From the human T2T-CHM13v2.0 reference genome, Homo sapiens, in NCBI RefSeq assembly GCF_009914755.1, contig NC_060933.1: a stretch of DNA of 64,000 nt; one strand, written 5' to 3'. This document shows, piece after piece, positions 44,101-58,099 of this stretch (the first letter of the stretch is position 1; each line of letters begins with the position of its first letter). Both the position numbers and the translations under genes were made by a program. Under the pieces are notes generated by a model. That model had not been told where the DNA came from and did not search any database. It saw only the letters and a list, made by a program, of their open reading frames with translations.

Positions 44101-47004
44101 GCAATGGAATGGAGTGGAATGGAATGGAATGGAATGGAATCAACCCGAGCGCAATGGAATGGAGTTGAATGGAATGGAATGGAATGGAACAACCCGAATG
44201 GAATGGAATGTAATGGAGAGTAAGGGAGTTGAATAGAATCAATCCGAATGTAATGGAATGGAACGGAATGGAATGGAATGGAATGGAATGGAATGGAATG
44301 CAATGGAATGGAATCAACCTTAGTACAATGGAACGGAATGTAATGTAATGTAATGTAATGTAACGGAATGGAATGGAATGGAATGCAATCAACCCGAGTG
44401 CAATGGAATGCAGAGGAATGGAATGGAATGGAATGCAATGGAATGGAATCATCCGGAATGAAATGGAATGGAATGGAATGCAAAGCAAAGGAATCAACTC
44501 GATTGCAATGGAATGGAATGGAATGGAAAGGAATACATTGGAATCAACCCGAATGGATTGGAATGGAAAGGACTGGAATGGAGTGGAATGGAATGGAATG
44601 GAATGGAATCAACTCGACTGGAATGGAATGGAATGGAATGGAATGGAATGGAATGGAATTAACCCGAATAGAATGGAATGGAATGGAATGGAACGGAACG
44701 GAATGGAATGGAATGGAATGGAATGGAATGGAATGGAATGGAATGGAATGGAACAACCCGAATGGAATGGAATGTAATGGAGAGTAAGGGAGTTGAATAG
44801 AATCAATCCGAATGTAATGGAATGGAATGCAACGGAATGGAATGGAATGGAATGGAATGGAATACAATGGAATTGAATCAACCCGAGTACAATGGAATGG
44901 AATGGAATGGAATGGAATGGAATGGAATGGAATGGAATGGAATGATACGGAATAGAATGGAATGGAACGAAATGGAATGGAATGGAATGGAATGGAATGG
45001 AATCGTTCCGAGTGGAATAGCAGGGAATGTATTCGAGTGGAATGGAAAGGAATGGAATCAACCAGAGTGGAATGGAAGGGAATGGAATGGAATGGAAAAT
45101 AATAGAATGGAATCAACCCGAGTGGAATGGAATGGAAAGGACTGGAATGGAATGGAATGGAATGGAATCAACTCGATTGTAATGGAATGGTGTGGAATGG
45201 AATGGAATGGAATGGAATGGAATGGAATGGAATTAACCCGAATACACTGGAATGGAATGGAATGGAACGGAATGGAGTGGAATGGAATGGAATCAACCCG
45301 AGTGCAGGGGAATGGAATGGAATGGAATGCAATGGAATGGAATCATCCGGAATGGAATGGAATGGAATGGAATGCAAAGCAATGGAATCAACTCGATTGC
45401 AATGGAATGGAATGGAATGGAAAGGAATACATTGGAATCAACCCGAGTGGAATGGAATGGAAAGGACTGGAATGGAGTGGAATGGAATGGAATGGAATGG
45501 AATGGAATCAACTCGATTGGAATGGAATGGAATGGAATGGAATGGAATTAACCCGAATAGAATGGAATGGAATGGAATGGAACGGAACTGAATGGAATGG
45601 AATGGAATGGAATGGAATGGAATGGAATGGAATGGAATCAACCCGACTGCAGGGGAATGGAATGGAATGGAAGGCAATGGAATGGATTCAACTTGAATGG
45701 AATGGAAAGAATGGAATCAACACGAGTGGAATGGCATGGATTGGAATGGAATGGAATGGAATCAACCCGAGTACAGGGGAATGGAATGGAATGGAATGCA
45801 ATGGAATGGAATCATCCGTAATGGAATGGAAAGGAATGGAATGGAATGGAATGGAATGGAATGGAATGGAATGGAATCAACTCGATTGCAATCGAATGCA
45901 ATGGAATGGAATTAACCCGAATAGAATGGAATGGAATGGAATGGAACAGAACGGAACGGAACGGAACGGAACAGAGTGGAATGGAATGGAATGGAATTGT
46001 ATGGAATGGAATGGCATGGTACGGAATAGAATGGAATGGAAAGAATTGGAATGGAATGGAATCGAATGGAATGGAATGGAATGGAATGGAATCAACCCGA
46101 GTGCAGGGGAATGTAATGGAACGGAATGCAATGGAATGGAATCATCCGGAATGGAATGGAATGGAATGGAACGGAGTGGAATGGAATGGAATGCAATCAA
46201 CCCGAATGCAATGGAATGGAGTGGAATGGAATGGAATCGAATGGAACAACCCGAATGGAATGGAATGTAATGGCGAGTAAGGGAGTTGAATAGAATCAAT
46301 ACGAATGGAATGGAATGGAATGGAATGGAATGGAATGCAATGGAATGGAATGCAATGGAATGGAATCAACCCGAGTACAATGGAACGGAATGGAATGGAA
46401 TGTAATGTAATGGAATGGAATGGAATGGAATGGAATGGAATGGAATCAACCCGAGTGCATTGGAATGGAGAGGAATGGAATGGAATGGAATGGAAACTAC
46501 CCGAATGGAATGGAATGTAATGGAGTGTAAGGGAATTTAATAGAATCAATCCGAATGTAATGGAATGGAATGGAACGGAATGGAATGGAATGGAATGGAA
46601 TGGAATGGAATGGAATGAAATGGAATCAACCCGAGTGCAATCGAATGGAATCGAATGGAATGGAATGCAATGGAATGGATTCAACTTGAATGGAATGGAA
46701 AGAATGGAATCAACACGAGTGGAATGGCATGGATTGGAATGGAATGGAATGGAATCAACCCGAGTACAGGGGAATGGAATGGAATGGAATGCAATGGAAT
46801 GGAATCATCCGTAATGGAATGGAAAGGAATGGAATGGAATGGAATGGAATGGAATGGAATGGAATGGAATCTACTCCATTGCAATCGAATGGAATGGAAT
46901 GGAATTAACCCGAATAGAATGGAATGGAATGGAATGGAACGGAACGGAATGGAGTGGAATGGAATGGAATGGAATGGAATGGAACGGAAAGGAAGGGAAT
47001 GGAA
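41165..47004 (+). repeat. Copy 1 of >=5.8-kb block duplicated at ~17.0-kb offset (partner 58100-64000)
   Basis: ORF pairs offset by 16931-16996 (41367/58298, 42222/59163, 43565/60561, 44368/61364, 46690/63686). Private variants CCCAAGT, TTTAACGG, GAGTAAAGGGG, GGGGACTGG, CAACCTTAGT, GGCGAGTAAG and CTACTCCATT are shared by the two copies. Confidence 0.95.
44340..44364 (+). repeat. (GTAAT)4GTAAC variant-pentamer run (copy at 61336-61360)
   Basis: Read directly in both 17-kb copies, offset 16996. Confidence 0.9.
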
Positions 47005-47435
47005 TGGAATAGAATGGAATTGAATGGAATCAACGCGAGTGCAGGGGAATGGAATGGAATGGAATGCAATGGAATGGAATCTTCCGGAGTGGAATGGAAT
47101 GGAATGGAATGGAATGGAATGGAATCAACCCGAGTGCAATGGAATGGAGTGGAATGGAATGGAATGGAATGGAACAACCCGAATGGAATGGAATGTAATG
47201 GAGAGTAAGGGAGTTGATTAGAATCAATCCGAATGTAATGGAATGGAATGGAACGGAATGGAATTGAATGGAATGGAATGGAATGGAATGGAATTGAATC
47301 AACCCGAGTACAATGGAATAGAATGGAATGGAATGGAATGCAATGGAATGGAATAGAATGATACGGAATAAAATGGAATGGAACGAAATGGAATGGAATG
47401 GAATGGAATGGAATGGAATGGAATGGAATGGAATG

Positions 47436-49240
47436 GAATCAACCCGAGTGCAGGGGAATGGAATTGAATGGAATGCAATGGAATGGAATCATCCGGAATG
47501 GAATGGAATGGAATGGAATGCAAAGCAATGGAATCAACTCGATTGCAATGGAATGGAATGGAATGGAAAGGAATACATTGGAATCAACCCGAGTGGAATG
47601 GAATGGAAAGGACTGGAATGGAGTGGAATGGAATGGAATGGAATGGAATGGAATCAACTCGATTGGAATGTAATGGAATGGAATGGAATGGAATTAACCC
47701 GAATAGAATGGAATGGAATGGAATGCAACGGAACGGAATGGAATGGAATGGAATGGAATGGAATGGAATGGAATGGAATGGAATCAACCCGACTGCAGGG
47801 GAATGGAATGGAATGGAAGGCAATGGAATGGATTCAACTTGAATGGAATGGAAAGAATGGAATCAACACGAGTGGAATGGCATGGATTGGAATGGAATGG
47901 AATGGAATCAACCCGAGTACAGGGGAATGGAATGGAATGGAATGCAATGGAATGGAATCATCCGTAATGGAATGGAAAGGAATGGAATGGAATGGAATGG
48001 AATGGAATGGAATCAACTCGATTGCAATCGAATGGAATGGAATGGAATTAACCCGAATAGAATGGAATGGAATGGAATGGAATGGAACGGAACGGAACGG
48101 AACGGAGTGGAATGGAATGGAATGGAATTGTATGGAATGGAATGGCATGGTACGGAATAGAATGGAATGGAAAGAATTGGAATGGAATGGAATCGAATGG
48201 AATGGAATGGAATCAACCCGAGTGCAGGGGAATGTAATGGAACGGAATGCAATGGAATGGAATCATCCGGAATGGAATGGATTAGAATGGAATGGAATGG
48301 AATGGAATAGAATGGAATCAACCCGAGTGCAATGGAATGGAGTGGAATGGAATGGAACAACCAGAATGGAATGGAATGTAATGGAGAGTAAGGGAGTTGA
48401 ATAGAATCAATCCGAATGTAATGAAATGGAACGGAATGGAATGGAATGGAATGGAATGGAATGGAATGGAATGGAATGCAATGGAATGGAATCAACCCGA
48501 GTACAATGGAACGGAATGGAATGGAATGGAATGTAATGGAATGGAATGGAATGGAATGGAATGGAATGGAATGGAATCAACCCGAGTGCAATGGAATGGA
48601 GAGGAATGGAATGGAATGGAATGGAAACTACCCGAATGGAATGGAATGTAATGGAGTGTAAGGGAATTGAATAGAATCAATCCGAATGTAATGGAATGGA
48701 ATGGAACGGAATGGAATGGAATGGAATGGAATGGAATGGAATGGAATGGAATGGAATGCAATGGAATGGAATCAACCCGAGCGCAATCGAATGGAATCGA
48801 ATGGAATGGAATGCAATGGAATGGATTCAACTTGAATGGAATGGAAAGAATGGAATCAACACGAGTGGAATGGCATGGATTGGAATGGAATGGAATGGAA
48901 TCAACCCGAGTACAGGGGAATGGAATGGATTGCAATGCAATGGAATGGAATCATCCGTAATGGAATGGAAAGGAATGGAATGGAATGGAATGGAATGGAA
49001 TGGAATGGAATCAACTCGATTGCAATCGAATGGAATGGGATGGAATTAACCCGAATAGAATGGAATGGAATGGAACGGAACGGAACGGAACGGAATGGAA
49101 TGGAATGGAATGGAATGGAATGGAACGGAACGGAATGGAATGGAATGGAATGGAATGGAATCAACGCGAGTGCAGGGGAATGGAATGGAATGGAATGCAA
49201 TGGAATGGAATCTTCCGGAATGGAATGGAATGGAATGGAA
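47436..49240 (+). repeat. ~1.8-kb repeat of ~45290-47110 (offset ~2146 bp)
   Basis: ORF pairs 45293/47439, 45567/47713 and 46690/48836 are all offset by 2146; CTGCAG at 45647/47793; shared GGAAGGCAAT and TTGTATGG...GGCATGGTACGG. Confidence 0.85.
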
Positions 49241-52200
49241 TGGAATGAAATGCAATGGATTCAACTCGATTGCAATGGAATGGAATAGAATGGAATGGAA
49301 TGGAATGGAATGGAATTAATTCGAATAGAATGGAATGGAATGGAATGGAACGGAATGGAACTGAATGGAATGGAATGCAATGGAATGGAATGGAATGGTA
49401 CGGAATAGAATGGAATGGAACGAATTGTAATGGAATGGAATGGAATGGAATGGAATGGAATGGAATGGAAAGGAATCAACGCGAGTGCAGGGGAATGTAA
49501 TAGAACGGAATGCAATGGAATGGAATCATCCGGAATGGAATGGAATGGAATGGAATGGAATGGAATGGAATGGAATGGAATCAACCCGAGTGCAATGGAA
49601 TGGAGTGGAATGGAATGGAATGGAATGGAACAACCCGAATGGAATGGAATGTAATGGAGAGTAAGGGAGTTGAATAGAATCAATCCGAATGTAATGGAAT
49701 GGAATGCAACGGAATGGAATGGAATGGAATGGAATGGAATGGAATGCAATGGAATTGAAACAACTCGAGTACAATGGAATGGAATGGAATGGAATGGAAT
49801 GGAATGGAATGGAATGGAATGGAATGGAATGATACGGAATAGAATGGAATGGAACGAAATGGAATGGAATGGAATGGAATGGAATGGAATGGAATCGTTC
49901 CGAGTTGAATAGGAGGGAATGTATTCGAGTGGAATGGAAAGGAATGGAATCAACCAGAGTGGAATGGAAGGGAATGGAATGGAATGGAAACTAATAGAAT
50001 GGAATCAACCCGAGAGGAATGGAATGGAAAGGACTGGAATGGAATGGAATGGAATGGAATCAACTCGATTGTAATGGAATGGAATGGAATGGAATGGAAT
50101 GGAATTAACCCGAATACAATGCAATGGAATGGAATGGAACGGAATGGAGTGGAGTGGAATGGAATCAACCCGAGTGCAGGGGAATGGAATGGAATGGAAT
50201 GCAATGGAATGGAATCATCCGGAATGGAATGGAATTGAATGGAATGCAAAGCAATGGAATCAACTCGATTGCAATGGAATGGAATGGAATGGAAAGGAAT
50301 ACATTGGAATCAAACCGAGTGGAATGGAATGGAAAGGACTGGAATGGAGTGGAATGGAATGGAATGGAATGGAATGGAATCAACTCGATTGGAATGGAAT
50401 GGAATGGAATGGAATGGAATTAACCCGAATAGAATGGAATGGAATGGAATGGAACGGAACGGAATGAAATGGAATCGAATGGAATGGAATGGAATGGAAT
50501 GGAAACAACCCGACTGCAGGGGAATGGAATGGAATGGAATGCAATGGAATGGATTCAACTTGAATGGAATGGAAAGAATGGAATCAACACGGGTGCAATG
50601 GCATGGATTGGAATGGAATGGAATGGAATCAACCCGAGTACAGGGGAATGGAATGGAATGGAATGCAATGGAATGGAATCATCCGTAATGGAATGGAAAG
50701 GAATGGAATGGAATGGAATGGAATGGAATGGAATCAACTCGATTGCAATCGAATGGAATGGAATGGAATTAACCCGAATAGAATGGAATGGAATGGAATG
50801 GAACGGAACGGAACGGAATGGAATGGATTGGAATGGAATGGAATGGAATGGAATGGAATGGAATGGAATGGAACGGAAAGGAATGGAATGGAATGGAATG
50901 GAATGGAATGGAATGGAATGGAATCAACGCGAGTGCAGGGGAATCGAATGGAATGGAATGCAATGGAATGGAATCTTCCGGAATGGAATGGAATGGAATG
51001 GAATGGAATGGAATCAACCCGAGTGCAATGGAATGGAGTGGAATGGAATGGAATGGAATGGAACAACCCGAATGGAATGGAATGTAATGGAGAGTAAGGG
51101 AGTTGAATAGAATCAATCCGAATGTAATGGAATGGAATGGAACGGAATGGAATTGAATGGAATGGAATGGAATGCAATGGAATGGAATCAACCCGAGTGC
51201 AATGGAATAGAGAGGAATGGAATGGAATGGAATGGAAACTACCCGAATGGAATGGAATGTAATGGAGTGTAAGGGAAATGAATAGAAACAATCCGAATGT
51301 AATGGAATGGAATGGAACGGAATGGAATGGAATGGAATGGAATGGAATGCAATGGAATGCAATGGAATGGAATCAACCCGAGTGCAATCGAATGGAATCG
51401 AATGGAATGGAATGCAATGGAATGGATTCAACTTGAATGGAATGGAAAGAATGGAATCAACACGAGTGGAATGGCATGGATTGGAATGGAATGGAATGGA
51501 ATCAACCCGAGTACAGGGGAATGGAATGGAATGGAATGCAATGGAATGGAATCATCCGTAAAGGAATGGAAAGGAATGGAATGGAATGCAATGGAATGGA
51601 ATGCAATGGAATGGAATGGAAACAACTCGATTGCAATCGAATGGAATGGAATGGAATTAACCCGAATAGAATGGAATGGAATGGAATGGAACGGAACGGA
51701 ATGGAATGGAATGGAATGGAATGGAATGGAACGGAACGGAATGGAATGGAATGGAATGGAATGGAATGGAAAGGAAAGGAAGAGAATGGAATGGAATAGA
51801 ATGGAATGGAATGGAATCAACGCGAGTGCAGGGGAATGGAATGGAATGGAATGCAATGGAATGGAATCTTCCGGAATGGAATGGAATGGAATGGAATGGA
51901 ATGGAATGGAATCAACCCGAGTGCAATGGAATGTAGTGGAATGGAATGGAATGGAATGGAACAACCCGAATGGATTGGAATGTAATGGATAGTAAGGGAG
52001 TTGAAAAGAATCAATCCGAATGTAATGGAATGGAAAGGAACGGAATGGAATGGAATGGAATGGTATGGAATGCAATGGAATGGAATCAACCCGAGTACAA
52101 TGGAATGGAATGGAATGGAATGGAATGGAATGGAATGGAATGGAATGCAATGGAATGCAATGGAATGGAATCTTCCGGAATGGAATGGAATGGAATGCAA

Positions 52201-53259
52201 TGGAATGGAATGGAATGGAATGCAATGGATTCAACTCGATTGCAATGGAATGGAATAGAATGGAACGGAATGGAATGGAATTGAATGGAATTAAACCGAA
52301 TAGACTGGAACGGAATGGAGTGGAACGGAACAGAACGGAACGGAACGGAACGGAGTGGAATGGAATGGAATGGAATTGTATGGAATGGAATGGAATGGTA
52401 CGGAATAGAATGGAATGGAAAGAATTGGAATGGAATGGAATCGTATGGAATGGAATGGAATGGAATGGAATCAACCCGAGTGCAGGGGAATGTAATGGAA
52501 CGGAATGCAATGGAATGGAATCATCCGGAATGGAATGGAATGGAATGGAATGGAATGGAATGGAATGGAATGGAATCAACCCGAGCGCAATGGAATGGAG
52601 TGGAATGGAATGGAATGGAGTGGAACAACCCGAATGGAATGGAATGTAATGGAGAGTAAGGGAGTGGAATAGAAACAATCCGAATGTAATGGAATGGAAC
52701 GGAATGGAATGGAATGGAATGGAATGGAATGGAAGGGAATGCAATGGAATGGAATCAACCCGAGTACAATGGAACGGAATGGAATAGAATGGAATGGAAT
52801 GGAATGGAATGGAATGGAATGGAATGGAATCAACCCGAGTGCAATGGAATGGAGAGGAATGGAATGGAATGGAATGGAAACTACCCGAATGGAATGGAAT
52901 GGAATGGAATGTAAGGGAATTGAATAGAATCAATCCGAATGGAATGGAATGGAATGGAACGGAATGTAATGGAATGGAATGGAATGGAATCAACCCGAGT
53001 GCAGGGGAATGGAATGGAATGGAATGCAATGGAATGGAATCATCCGGAATGGAATGGAATGGAATGCTATGGAATGGAATGGAATGGAATCAACCCGAGT
53101 GCGAATGAATGGAGTGAAATGGAATGGAATGGAATGGAGACAACCAGAATGGATTGGAATATAATGGAGTGTAAGGGAAATGAATAGAATCAATCTGAAT
53201 GTAATGAAATGGAATGGAACGGAATGGAATGGAATGAAATGGAATGGAATGGAATGCAA

Positions 53260-55550
53260 TGGAATGGAATCAACCCGAGTGCAATCGAATGGAATCGAAT
53301 GGAATGGAATGCAATGGAATGGATTCAACTTGAATGGAATGGAAAGAATGGAATCAACACGAGTGGAATGGCATGGATTCGAATGGAATGGAATGGAATC
53401 AACCCGAGTATAGGGGAATGGAATGGTATGGAATGCAATGGAATGGAATCATCCGTAATGGAATGGAAAGGAATGGAAAGGAATGGAATGGAATGTAATG
53501 GAATGGAATGGAATCAACTCGATTGCAATCGAATGGAATGGAATGGAATTAACCCGAATAGAATGGAATGGAATGGAATGGAATGGAACGCAACGGAATG
53601 GAATGGAATGGAATGGAATGGAATGGAATGGAATGGAACGGAACGGAATGGAATGGAATGGAATGGAATGGAATGGAATGGAATCAACGCGAGTGCAGGG
53701 GAATGGAATGGAATGGAATGGAATGCAATGGAATGGAATCTTCCGGAATGGAATGGAATGGAATGGAATGGAATGGAATGGAATGAAATGCAATGGATTC
53801 AACTCGATTGCAATGGAATGGAATAGAATGGAATGGAATGGAATGGAATGGAATTAATTCGAATAGAATGTAATGGAATGGAATGGAACGGAATGGAACC
53901 GAATGGAATGGAATGGAATGGAATGGAATGGTATGGAATGGAATGGAATGGTACGGAATAGAATGGAATGGAACGAATTGTAATGGTATGGAATTGAATG
54001 GAATGGAATGGAATGGAATGGAATCAACGCGAGTGCAGGGGAATGTAATGGAACGGAATGCAATGGAATGGAATCATCCGGAATGGAATGGAATGGAATG
54101 GAATGGAATGGAATCAACCCGAGTGCAATGGAATGGAGTGGAATGGAATGGAATGGAATGGAAAAACCCGAATGGAATGGAATGTAATGGAGAGTAAGGG
54201 AGTTGAATAGAATCAATCAGAATGTAATGGAATGGAATGCAACGGAATGGAATGGAATGGAATGGAATGGAATGGAATGGAATGGAATGGAATGCAATGG
54301 AATGGAATCAACCCGAGTACAATGGAATGGATTGGAATGGAATGGAATGGAATGGAATGGAATGGAATGATACGGAATAGAATGGAATGGAAAGAAATGG
54401 AATGGAATGGAATGGAATGGAATGGAATGGAATGGAATGGAATGGAATGGAATCGTTCTGAGTGGAATAGGAGGGAATGTATTCGAGTGGAATGGAAAGG
54501 AATGGAAAAAACCTGAGTGGAATGGAAGGGAATGGAATGGAATGGAAACTAATAGAATGGAATCAACCCGAGAGGAATGGAATGGAAAGGAGTGGAATGG
54601 AATGGAATGGAATGGAATCAACTCGATTGTAATGGAATGGAATGGAATGCAATGGAATTAACCCGAATACAATGTAATGGAATGGAATGGAACGGAATGG
54701 AGTGGAATCGAATGGAATCAACCCGAGTGCAGGGGAATGGAATGGAATGGAATGCAATGGAATGGAATCATCCGGAATGGAATGGAATGGAATGGAATGC
54801 AAAGCAATGGAATCAACTCGATTGCAATGGAATGGAATGGAATGGAAAGGAATACATTGGAATCAACACGAGTGGAATGGAATGGAAAGGACTGGAATGG
54901 AGTGGAATGGAATGGAATGGAATGGAATGGAATGGAAACAACTCGATTGGAATGGAATGGAATGGAATGGAATGGAATGGAATTAATCCGAATAGAATGG
55001 AATGGAATGGAATGGAACGGAATGGAATGGAATGGAATGGAATGGAATGGAATGGAATGGAAACAACCCGACTGCAGGGGAATGGAATGGAATGGAATGC
55101 AATGGAATGGATTCAACTTGAATGGAATGGAAAGAATGGAATCAACACGAATGGAATGGCATGGATTGGAATGGAATGGAATGGAATAAACACGAGTACA
55201 GGGGAATGGAATGGAATGGAATGCAATGGAATGGAATCATCCGTAATGGAATGGAAAGCAATGGAATGGAATGGAATGGAATGGAATGGAATGGAACTCA
55301 ACTCGATTGCAATCGAATGGAACGGAATGGAATTAACCAGAATAGAATGGAGTGGAATGGAATGGAATGGAACGGAACGGCATGGAATGGAATGGAAGGG
55401 AATGGAATGGAATGGAACGGAACAGAACGGAATGGATGGAATGGAATGGAATGGAATGGAATGGAATGGAATCAACGCGAGTGCAGGGGAATGGAATGGA
55501 GTGGAATGCAATGGAATGGAATCTTCCGGAATGGAATGGAATGGAATGGA
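53260..55550 (+). repeat. Older, more diverged ~2.3-kb repeat of ~48760-51000 (offset ~4.50-4.56 kb)
   Basis: Shared rare variants TTAATTCGAATAG (~49316/53854), CCCGAGAGG (~50009/54567) and GGAAACAACCCGACTGCAG (~50501/55059); same module order. Confidence 0.75.
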
Positions 55551-58099
55551 ATGGAATGAACTGCAATGGATTCAACTCGATTGCAATGGAATGGAATAGA
55601 ATGGAATGGAATGGAATGGAATGGAATTAACCCGAATAGAATGGAATGGAATGGAATGGAACGGAATGGAACGGAATGGAATGGAATGGAATGGAATGGA
55701 ATGGTATGGAATGGAATGGAATGGTACTGAATAGAATGGAATGGAACGAATTGTAATGGAATGGAACTGAATGGAATGGAATGGAATGGAATGGAATCAA
55801 CGCGAGTGCAGGGGAATGTAATGGAACGGAATGCAATGGAATGGAATCATCCGGAATGGAATGGAATGGAATGGAATGGAATGGAATGAAATCAACCCGA
55901 GTGCAATGGAATGGAGTGGAATGGAATGGAATGGAATGGAACAACCCGAATGGAATGGAATGTAATGGAGAGTAAGGGAGTTGAATAGAATCAATCCGAA
56001 TGTAATGGAATGGAATGCAACGGAATGGAATGGAATGGAATGGAATGGAATGGAATGGAATGGAATGGAATGCAAAGGAATGGAATCAACCCGAGTGGAA
56101 TGGCATGGAATGGAATGCAATGGAATGGAATGGAATGGAATCAACTCGAGTGGAAAGGAATGGAATGGAATGGAATGGAATGGAATGGAATTCAATGACA
56201 TGGAATCAACCCGAGTGCAATAGAATGGAATCGAATGGAATGGAATGCAATGGAATGGATTCAACTTGAATGGAATGGAAAGAATGGAATCAACACGAGT
56301 GGAATGGCATGGATTGGAATGGAATGGAATGGAATCAACCCGAGTACAGGGTAATGGAATGGAATGGAATGCAATGGAATGGAATCATCCGTAATGGAAT
56401 GGAAAGGAATGGAATGGAATGGAATGGAATAGAATGGAATGGAATGGAATGGAATCAACTCGATTGCAATCGAATGGAATGGAATGGAATTAACCCGAAT
56501 AGAATGGAATGGAATGCAACGGAACGGAATGGAATGGAATGGAATGGAACGGAACGGAACGGAATGGAATGGAATGGAATGGAATCAACGCGAGTGTAGG
56601 GGAATGGAATGGAATGCAATGGAATGGAATCTTCCGGAATGGAATGGAATGGAATGGAATGGAATGAAATGCAATGGATTCAACTCGATTGCAATGGAAT
56701 GGAATAGAATGTAATGGAATGGAATGGAATGGAATTAATCCGAATAGAATGGAATGGAATGGAATGGAACGGAATGGAACGGAATGGAATGGAATGGAAT
56801 GGAATGGTATGGAATGGAATGGAATGGTACGGAATAGAATGGAATGGAACGAATTGTAATGGAATTGAATTGAATGGAATGGAATGGAATGGAATGGAAT
56901 CAACGCGATTGCAGGGGAATGTAATGGAACGGAATGCAATGGAATGGAATCATCCGGAATGGAATGGAATGGAATGGAATGGAATGGAATGGAATCAACC
57001 CGAGTGCAATGGAATGTAATGGAGAGTAAGGGAGTTGAATAGAATCAATCCGAATGTAATGGAATGCAATGTAACGGAATGGAATGGAATGGAATGGAAT
57101 GGAAAGGAATGGAATGGAATGCAATGGAATTGAATCAACCCGAGTACAATGGAATGGAATGGAATGGAATGGAATGGAATGGAATCGAATGGAATGATAC
57201 GGAATAGAATGGAATGGAACGAAATGGAATGGAATGGAATGGAATGGAATGGAATCGTTCTGAGTGGAATAGGAGGGAATGTATTCGAGTGGAATGGAAA
57301 GGAATGGTATCAACCAGAGTGGAATGGAAGGGAATGGAATGGAATGGAAACTAATAGAATGGAATCAACCCGAGTGGAATGGAATGGAAAGGACTGGAAT
57401 GGAATGGAATGGAATGGAATCAACTCGATTGTAATGGAATGGAATGGAATGGAATGGAATGGAATTAACCCGAATACAATGGAATGGAATGGAATGGAAC
57501 GGAATGGAGTAGAATGCAATGGAATCAACCCGAGTGCAGGGGAATGGAATGGAATGGAATGCAATGGAATGGAATCATCCGGAATGGAATGGAATGGAAT
57601 GGAATGCAAAGCAACGGAATCAACTCGATTGCAATGGAATGGAATGGAATGGAATGGAATAAATTGGAATCAACCCGAGTGGAATGGAATGGAAAGGAGT
57701 GGAATGGAGTGGAATGGAATGGAATGGAATGGAATGGAATCAACTCGATTGGAATGGAATGGAATGGAATGGAATGGAATGGAATGGAATGGAATCAACC
57801 CGAGTACAATGGAATGGAGTGGAATGGAATGGAATGGAATGGAACAACCCGAATGGAATGGAATGTAATGGAGAGTAAGGGAGTTGAATAGAATCAATCC
57901 GAATGTAATGGAATGGAATGGAACGGAATGGAATTGAATGGAATGGAATGGAATGCAATTGAATGGAATCAACCCGAGTGCAATGCAATGGAGAGGAATG
58001 GAATGGAATGGAATGGAAACTACCCGAATGGAATGGAATGTAATGGAGTGTAAGGGAATTGAATAGAATCAATCCGAATGTAATGGAATGGAATGGAAC

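Noticed and set aside
44822-46270. 482-aa plus-strand poly-MEWNG ORF (also 16371-17774, 47328-48404, 54577-55599)
   Set aside because: (GGAAT)n has no stop codon in any frame and an ATG every 5 bp, so long ORFs are expected. The near-identical 17-kb paralogue is cut by a TGA at 62610. The peptide matches the pentapeptide of the SCA31 (TGGAA)n expansion, but nothing here supports translation.
51428-53029. 533-aa minus-strand poly-IPFHS ORF and all other minus-strand ORFs
   Set aside because: Translation of (ATTCC)n; low complexity, no domain, boundaries set by random variants.
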